In this document: one piece after another, positions 56,573 through 64,000 of the stretch
Position numbering within the stretch: the stretch's first letter is position 1
Layout: every line of letters starts with the position of its first letter
Origin: Macrostomum lignano
Taxonomy: Eukaryota
Reading direction: 5' to 3'
Length of the DNA: 64,000 nucleotides
Assembly: GCA_002269645.1 (NCBI GenBank)
Contig: NIVC01001759.1
Span: 62,001-126,000, forward strand
The notes under the pieces: generated by a model
The model's input: only the letters and a program-made list of their open reading frames with translations
The model's database searches: none
Told to the model about the DNA's origin: nothing
Position numbers and translations under genes: made by a program

Positions 56573-57229
56573 GCGCAGGATTTGTGTCTCAAAAATCAGG
56601 GCCCCAGATGCAACGTAAGGGTTTGTTGGTTTGAAGAATTTGAGAAGTAGTTGCTCATTTTTTATAACAGCAGACTTTCCCGGCTCCAACGGGGTGCTTT
56701 TTCTCTGCCGTGTTTTTCTTCTTCTTCTGGGGCGCCACGCGGAGCTCACTTTGTCTCTTCTGCGCTTCTCCGTCACTTTTTTCACTCTTAAGCAGTGCGG
56801 GGCGCGACATCGTGTGGGAGGCTGGAAGGCAGAATCCTCTTCTATTCACTTCCAGCTTAGCCAGGTACCGGGGGATGCAGCGGCTTTTTTATTTTCTCGC
56901 GTGTCAAGACAGACAGGGAGGCAGAAGATGACAAGACAAACTTCTCTAAGTGAATCTCAATTCGCTACATCGCCGGATTCTGGTGATTCTGTTTTTTGTT
57001 GGTGTCGGCTCGTGACTCAACCAGCGTCATGCACTGCATTCTCATTTATCACAGCCAGCTCAGTCACTGACTTATTTGTTCAGTTTATTATTTCCAATAG
57101 TTTTTCTAACTGGATCCGGTATCCCCTCTTCAGCTCGGCATAGCAGCTCTCGTTTAATAACTTTCAGGTTGCTTCAATTCATTGCATTCTATGGGGCCCT
57201 GCTGAGATACCTGCTCATCACCCTTCTTT

Positions 57230-58010
57230 TCATTTCACTCTCTCTTCACTCTGTTCACTCTCCCTTCACTCTCCCTCCACTCTCTATTCTCACTCTTCCT
57301 TCATTCTCCATTCAAACTCCTTTTACAGTCCCTTCACAGTCCCTTCACAGTCCCTTCACAGTCCCTTCACAGTCCCTTCACTCTCCCTTCACTCTCCCTT
57401 CACTCTCTATTCACTCTCCATTCACTCTCTTCACACTCTCTCTTCACTCTCCCTTCACTCTCCCTTCACTCTCTATTCACTCTCCCTTCACTCTCCTTTC
57501 ACTCTCCTTTCACTCTCCTTTCACTCTCTATTCACTCTCCCTTCACTCTCCTTTCACTCTCCCTTCACTCTCTATTCACTCTCCCTTCACTCTCCTTTCA
57601 CTCTCCTTTCACTCCCTATTCACTCTCCCTTCACTCTCTATTCACTCTCTATTCACTCTCCCTTCACTCTCTATTCACTCTCCCTTCACTCTCCTTTCAC
57701 TCTCCCTTCACTCTCTATTCACTCTCCTTTCACTCTCCCTTCACTCTCCTTTCACTCTCTATTCACTCTCCCTTCACTCTCTATTCTCACTCTTCCTTCA
57801 TTCTCCATTCAAATTCCTTTTACAGTCCTTTCACAGTCCCTTCACAATCCCTTCACAGTCCCTTCACAGTCCCTTCACAGTCCCTTCACTCTCCCTTCAC
57901 TCTCCATTCACTCTCCCTTCACTCTCCTTTCACTCTCTTTCACTCTCCATGCACTCTCCCTTCACTCTCCCTTCACTCTCCCTTCACTCTCTATTCCATC
58001 TCCCTTCACG
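57230..58010. repeat. ~11-bp pyrimidine-rich repeat (ttcactctccc / ttcacagtccc)
   Basis: Direct reading. Confidence 0.93.
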
Positions 58011-58534
58011 ACAGCCATGACAGCAGGTGACGGGCAGAGTTACAGCAAAGCTGAAGCCAGCACGCCGAGACACACGGCAGCCGGCTGTCTCTCAGTACTC
58101 AACTGCACTCCATAGTTTAACGATATGAGTAATTAGGCAAATCCCGGCCCCAGTTCGAATTCCAGTAGCCGTTGGGCCCGCATCGCCTCTTCTGAGAGGC
58201 CGGGGTACTCCCACTCGAGTCGAGTCCTACTCAACAGAAGCAGATATCTGTCGAATTGGGAGCTTGCAGGCTCTCTCTGCAAGTGTCTCTCAATTGTCAT
58301 TGGAATTTTTGCCGAAGGGCAAAAATGGAAATTGTTCTAATTCAGAAATTTCGGTTCGTTAGATTCGATCGCGAATATTAGAATGGTTTTATTTAATAGC
58401 ATGCGGTGGGGAAGTGGCATTTGGGAGGCGCTCTCATTGTGGATAGATATGACCTGTCTGCCATTGTCAGAGTTTTTATTTCTTTTAGCAGACTTTCCTG
58501 CATTGGATTGTTTTTGATGATGTCTCGTGTGTCA

Positions 58535-59133
58535 CTCTGGCTCACTCTCACTCTCTCACTCTCACACTCTCACTCTCTCACTCTCACTCTCTCACTCTCT
58601 CACTCTCTCACTCTCTCACTCTCTCACTCTTTCACCCCCTCTCTCTCTCTCTCTCACTCTCTCACTCTCTCTCTCTCACTCTCTCACTCTCTCACTCTCT
58701 CACTCTCTCACTCTCTCACTCTCTCACTCTTTCACTCTCTCACTCTCTCACTCTCTCACTCTCTCACTCTCTCACTCTCTCACTCTCCTACTCTCCCACT
58801 CTCTCTCTCTCTTTCTCTCTCTCACTCTCCTACTCTCCCACCCTCTCTCTCTCTCACTCTCTCACTCTCTCACTCTCTCACTCTCTCACTCTCTCACTCT
58901 ATCACTCTCTCACTCTCTCACTCTCCTACTCTCCCACTCTCTCTCTCTCTTTCTCTCTCTCACTCTCTCTCTCACCCTCTCTCTCACTCTCTCTCTCTCT
59001 CTCTCTCCCTCTCTCACTCTCTCACTCTCTCACTCTCTCACTCTCTCACTCTATCACTCTCTCACTCTCTCACTCTCCTACTCTCCCACTCTCTCTCTCT
59101 TTCTCTCTCTCACTCTCTCTCTCACCCTCTCTC

Positions 59134-59173
<40 letters not shown>

Positions 59174-59575
59174 TCTCTTTCACTATCTCACTCTCTCACT
59201 CTCTCACCCTCTCTCTCACTTTCTCACTATCGGAAATATCGGCTACTCAATTTAAATTGACTTTTTTCAGTCCTTTCTGACTTTCTACCGTGTCAGTGCC
59301 CGAGATAGGAGGCGCCCTCCTCTCTCTCTCTCTCTCTCTCTCTCCCTCTCTCTCTCACTTTCCCACTCTCTCTCACTCTCTCACTCTCTCTCTCTCACCC
59401 TCTCTCTCACCCGCTCACTCTCTCACTCTATCACTCTATCACTCTATCACTCTCTCGCACTCTCTCATTCTATCACTCACTCTTTCTCTCTCTCTCTCTC
59501 TCTCTCTCACCCTCTCTCTCACCCGCTCGCTCTCTCACTCTCTCACTCACTCTCACTCTCTGTCTCACTCTCTTA
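58535..59575. repeat. (CTCTCA)n/(CT)n compound microsatellite, two blocks
   Basis: 58535-59230 and 59320-59575. Confidence 0.94.
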
Positions 59576-60713
59576 GCCTTTTTCACTTTCTGTCATCTTG
59601 CTCTTCCCATTTCTGTCAATTCCCATCCCGGTCTGACCTTTCCTGTTTCTATCGCAACTCTCCCGCTGCTGACTACCCTACATTTCTCTTTCCCTGGCTA
59701 AGCCTGTCTATTGCCCCTTGCACGCCGCAGTTCTCTCCAGTGTCACAGCTCACTCCATCAATCTTATTATTTTAAATTGGCTGGCCCGGCCCGCCATTGC
59801 CCATTTTCTCTCAGCTAAAAGTGGTAAATAAAAGTGACAATTTCATTAAATAAAACTTCTATTGTACTCGAGAGCTCTCACAAACATCGACACTGTGAAG
59901 AATTGAATTGAGGCTCCACCTTCTCACTCGATTCACCTGCAAGTTTCTCACACAGCAGAAACAACCTGAGCCGCATTGTAACCGAGGATTGTTAAAGGCC
60001 AGTTTCGCTAAAGAGGCCCAACACTTCTCCAGGTGATATCGAATTCTCAGGCAGCACTTTGCACGCTTTGATAGCTGCGGACAATGATGCCGCTGAGATG
60101 CTGCTTGCTCAGCGCTGTTAAATGAGAGACGAAGCGATGGAAAATTGAAATAGAAAATGGAAAGCAGAGATGGAGAGACGGACAATGGGGACTGACAGCC
60201 TCTCTGCTGCTCTCTCGGCCGTATGAAGGCCGTCGGACCCTCGAGTCTTGTTCTGGCAGCAACGCCCTCCCTCCCAGGAGACACTTTCCCTCCGCGCTTA
60301 GGTCTCAGCCTCCGAGGGTTGCTCAGCCATTTCATCTGTGACTCTGCAGCTCGGAAAAGAAATGAGAGATAAAAAAGACACAATAAGCTGCTCGAGCAGT
60401 GCAGAAAACGCTTGGGCGCATAAATATAAATCATTTCATTTCACCTCTAACACCCTTCACGCTGCTCCAGCTGCATTCATGGGTGCCCCATCAACAACTG
60501 CCTGCCCGCCCTGTGTGAGTCGCGAACTATGCGTGCTGGCTCGTGTTTTTATTGTGCCATTTCTCTCTTTGCTCATCTGGCAACTATCTCAGACCGCTGC
60601 AGTCCACACTGCCTCTGGCTGCGTGCTGCATCTGCTTAAGTCAACAAATGCTCAACCTGGGGCTCCTTCATTGACTTTAGGGCCCCATGAATTTTTTGCG
60701 ATTACATGGTTAG

Positions 60714-61044
<331 letters not shown>

Positions 61045-62097
61045 TCCGATATGACACGCCATATCTCCCATTCTCGCGAATGTCTTTAAGCTCAGCCGCC
61101 ACCTGGAATATCCGGTTTAATTAAGCTCGGTGAAAACAAATTCAATTCATTCTTCACATTCTTATCCCAACGTCAAAGTCAAAGCCAGGTCTCACCTCCG
61201 CGAACGGTGCCCGTCATTTATTATCCCCACCAGCCCATGAATAATTCCCGGTCGCACCAGTGGCAGGCGGCAAAAAACTCCCGATCGCACTGACACTTCG
61301 CAACAAACTGACTAACAAAAACAGAACAGTGGAGTCGAACGCGACAGTTGGCAAGCCTGTGTAAGGCACCTATTGATTTATTAATCATATATCTATGGCC
61401 CAGGTTGCCTCCGAAGACTCGGGTTTGTGGGTGGGGGAGTTCGCGTCGAAATAAAAAAGATTATTGTATAGTATAAAAAAAACTTTAATTTATAGTGGTT
61501 ATTCTCTATCATATTTGCATACTATGATAATTTTGCTGGAGTTCCGGACCCGGTGCGCGCAGACAGAGTTGCCAACCCAGGCTGTTAGCTAACAACAGAC
61601 ACCAACAGCCCCCCAGGCTAGACTTGGTCAGGTGTGAGGCTTGAAAATTGTACCAAGCCCGCCATTTGCACCCGCTTGACTTCACAGTGCATCTCTCTGG
61701 TCTTGCCTAGCCGTCTGAGACAGCCGCGCCTGCTTACCGCGGCGTGCAAGGAAACTGGAGACACATGGAATTATGTTTTGTTTTGTCCCAAGCAGGGGCT
61801 ATTTAACTCTGTGGGGGTTGGCCGCTCCTGTTCGCCTCCGCGGGGTGTTTGGGATTCGAGTGTCGGGTAACCATTATCCACGGCTCATCGGCAACTCTCG
61901 CAGCCCCGGTTGAAACCATAAGGAGCTGCGAACATGCGTTTAGCTGCCGAAGCGGTGTGCGTACCTGGGCCGCTCAGTTCAGCTCAACAGGGGGTCCGGG
62001 CGGAACCCCGTGGGTTTTGAGCTTGCAAGGAGACGGGATTAGAAGATCGCTTTTGCATTGTTTGATAAGTAAGGTATAAGTTGTTTTTATTAGTATC

Positions 62098-62717
62098 TGG
62101 TCTCAGTGATGATCTAGTCTCAGTGATGATCTAGTCTCAGTGATGATCTAGTCTCAGTGATGATCTAGTCTCAGTGATGATCTAGTCTCAGTGATGATCT
62201 AGTCTCAGTGATGATCTAGTCTCAGTGATGATCTAGTCTCAGTGATGATCTAGTCTCAGTGATGATCTAGTCTCAGTGATGATCTAGTCTCAGTGATGAT
62301 CTAGTCTCAGTGATGATCTAGTCTCAGTGATGATCTAGTCTCAGTGATGATCTAGTCTCAGTGATGATCTAGTCTCAGTGATGATCTAGTCTCAGTGATG
62401 ATCTAGTCTCAGTGATGATCTAGTCTCAGTGATGATCTAGTCTCAGTGATGATCTAGTCTCAGTGATGATCTAGTCTCAGTGATGATCTAGTCTCAGTGA
62501 TGATCTGGTCTCAGTGATGATCTAGTCTCAGTGATGATCTAGTCTCAGTGATGATCTAGTCTCAGTGATGATCTGGTCTCAGTGATGATCTAGTCTCAGT
62601 GATGATCTAGTCTCAGTGATGATCTGGTCTCAGTGATGATCTAGTCTCAGTGATGATCTAGTCTCAGTGATCAGCTAGTCTCAGTGATGAGCTAGTCTAA
62701 GTGATGATCTAGTCTCT
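62098..62717. repeat. 17-bp highly homogeneous minisatellite (gatctagtctcagtgat)
   Basis: Direct reading; ~36 units with very few variants. Confidence 0.97.
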
Positions 62718-64000
62718 GAATCTCCAGCTGTTCACATGATCACAGCCCGTGAACAGTAGAATTGCGTGAACTTGTTTCCTTCTGCTCTCAACCCGCATCA
62801 AACTGGCATGGAATCCAACTCCAACTCCTCTCTAACTTTGATCTCTCAAAGACCCGAATGACTTCCGTTTGAAATGACTGTGAAATCAAGGTTGGCAATC
62901 ACCTGCATTAAATTGCAGATCCTCCTAGCACTCAGCGGACAAGGGAGGTAGGAATTCGAGGCCAAGAAGCGTAGCAAATAATAAAAAATTGCTCAACTAT
63001 AAAGGCGCAATCCGCTAGGTCACAGCTGCCTCTGTCCAGCAACCGGGCAGAGGAGTCCGCGTCCTCGCTTTAGTTAATCAAGCGACCTATAGCTCAGGTG
63101 CGGATCAACCTAATCCTGTTGAAATGGTTTACATTCAGTTTATTACGCATACCGTTATAATAAGACTGTTTATAAAAATATAATAAGCAAGGGATGATGG
63201 AGTCAGCTTCCTGCCCAATACTTCCCAGCCTTCATCGGGTGCGTGTTCATAGTTCTAGAAAGGAAAATAATGTCGCTCAGTGGCCTCCTCAAGGCTTGAC
63301 TTTCATTGAGACTTGCCCTGTCCTTTCACTATGGCGTGCGTGCATGTTGCTGCGAGGGTCTCGCAGTCAGCTGGACTCCAAAAAATATACGCGAGCTCAA
63401 TATCCTCTCGCTCGATTTCTGAGTTTGAGCTTGAGTAAGAAGACTCTTGCGGCTGGTCCCTAAACCCCGGGCTCACTGAGTCCCCCCTGAGGAACCCTGG
63501 GTTTTGACGTCTCCTTCCGAGTGAGATCCGAACTTGCCCGGCAGATCTGGGGGGGGGGGGCTGCACCATGGGGGGTGGGCAATTTTCCAGTTGAGTTGAC
63601 TCGGACAGCTACTGGAGTCTCTGCTGTCTCTGCTGGGCCTACTCACAGAGTTCCCTTCTGACCGTGAGACTGACCGGCCGCTTCACCCATTGTCGCTAAA
63701 TTTGATTATAATTGACCAAAACTCTCTGGCTTTGTTTAATATGGACTGAAATTGATTCGTCGGTTGGCACCTGTCAAGAAATGAGACGAGGGAAACGGTT
63801 GCGCGCACTAAGCCGGCTAATTTGCATTCAACGATGAGCCCCATGGTCCGCGATGATGGGTCTTGGGAAAGTTGGGGTGGATTTTGATTGTTGAACTAAA
63901 AATAATGGCAACTCAACTACGGTTTGGCCATACTGTATACAATTTGTCAAGCAATCAGGAACAGTTTCTGCAACACAATTAGTTGGTAGATCTTGATTAG

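Noticed and set aside
62098-62717. Regular 17-bp repeat (and other arrays) as a CRISPR array or snoRNA C-box cluster
   Set aside because: No unique spacers, eukaryotic context, no cas genes, and no D-box/stem arrangement.

Overview
Eukaryotic (metazoan) genomic DNA with GT-AG introns and a very high load of micro- and minisatellites. The style (GC-rich, Gly/Ala/His-run-rich exons; introns filled with private tandem arrays) is compatible with a free-living flatworm such as Macrostomum, but that is inference. Four spliced genes were reconstructed by hand: (1) an aryl hydrocarbon receptor/spineless orthologue (+, 9 exons 3405-11805; its bHLH exon is not in the window); (2) a divergent Rab8-family GTPase (-, 4 exons 16281-14627); (3) a small, easily missed cAMP-dependent protein kinase inhibitor (PKI)-like gene (+, about 26771-27361) with a correctly spaced PKA pseudosubstrate motif; (4) a TBC1D10/EPI64-type RabGAP (+, 3 exons 30821-38484). 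Between Rab8 and PKI lies a ~10 kb AT-rich, CpG-depleted nest of decayed transposons: Helitron-like ends, a mariner with several in-frame stops but no frameshift in its core, and a hAT-like relic. From ~39.7 to 64 kb no recognisable coding sequence was found, only unique non-coding blocks alternating with about 15 tandem arrays and one 1645-bp hAT-type non-autonomous element with an 8-bp TSD and nested fragments. Almost all long ORFs in the supplied track are artefacts of tandem repeats.
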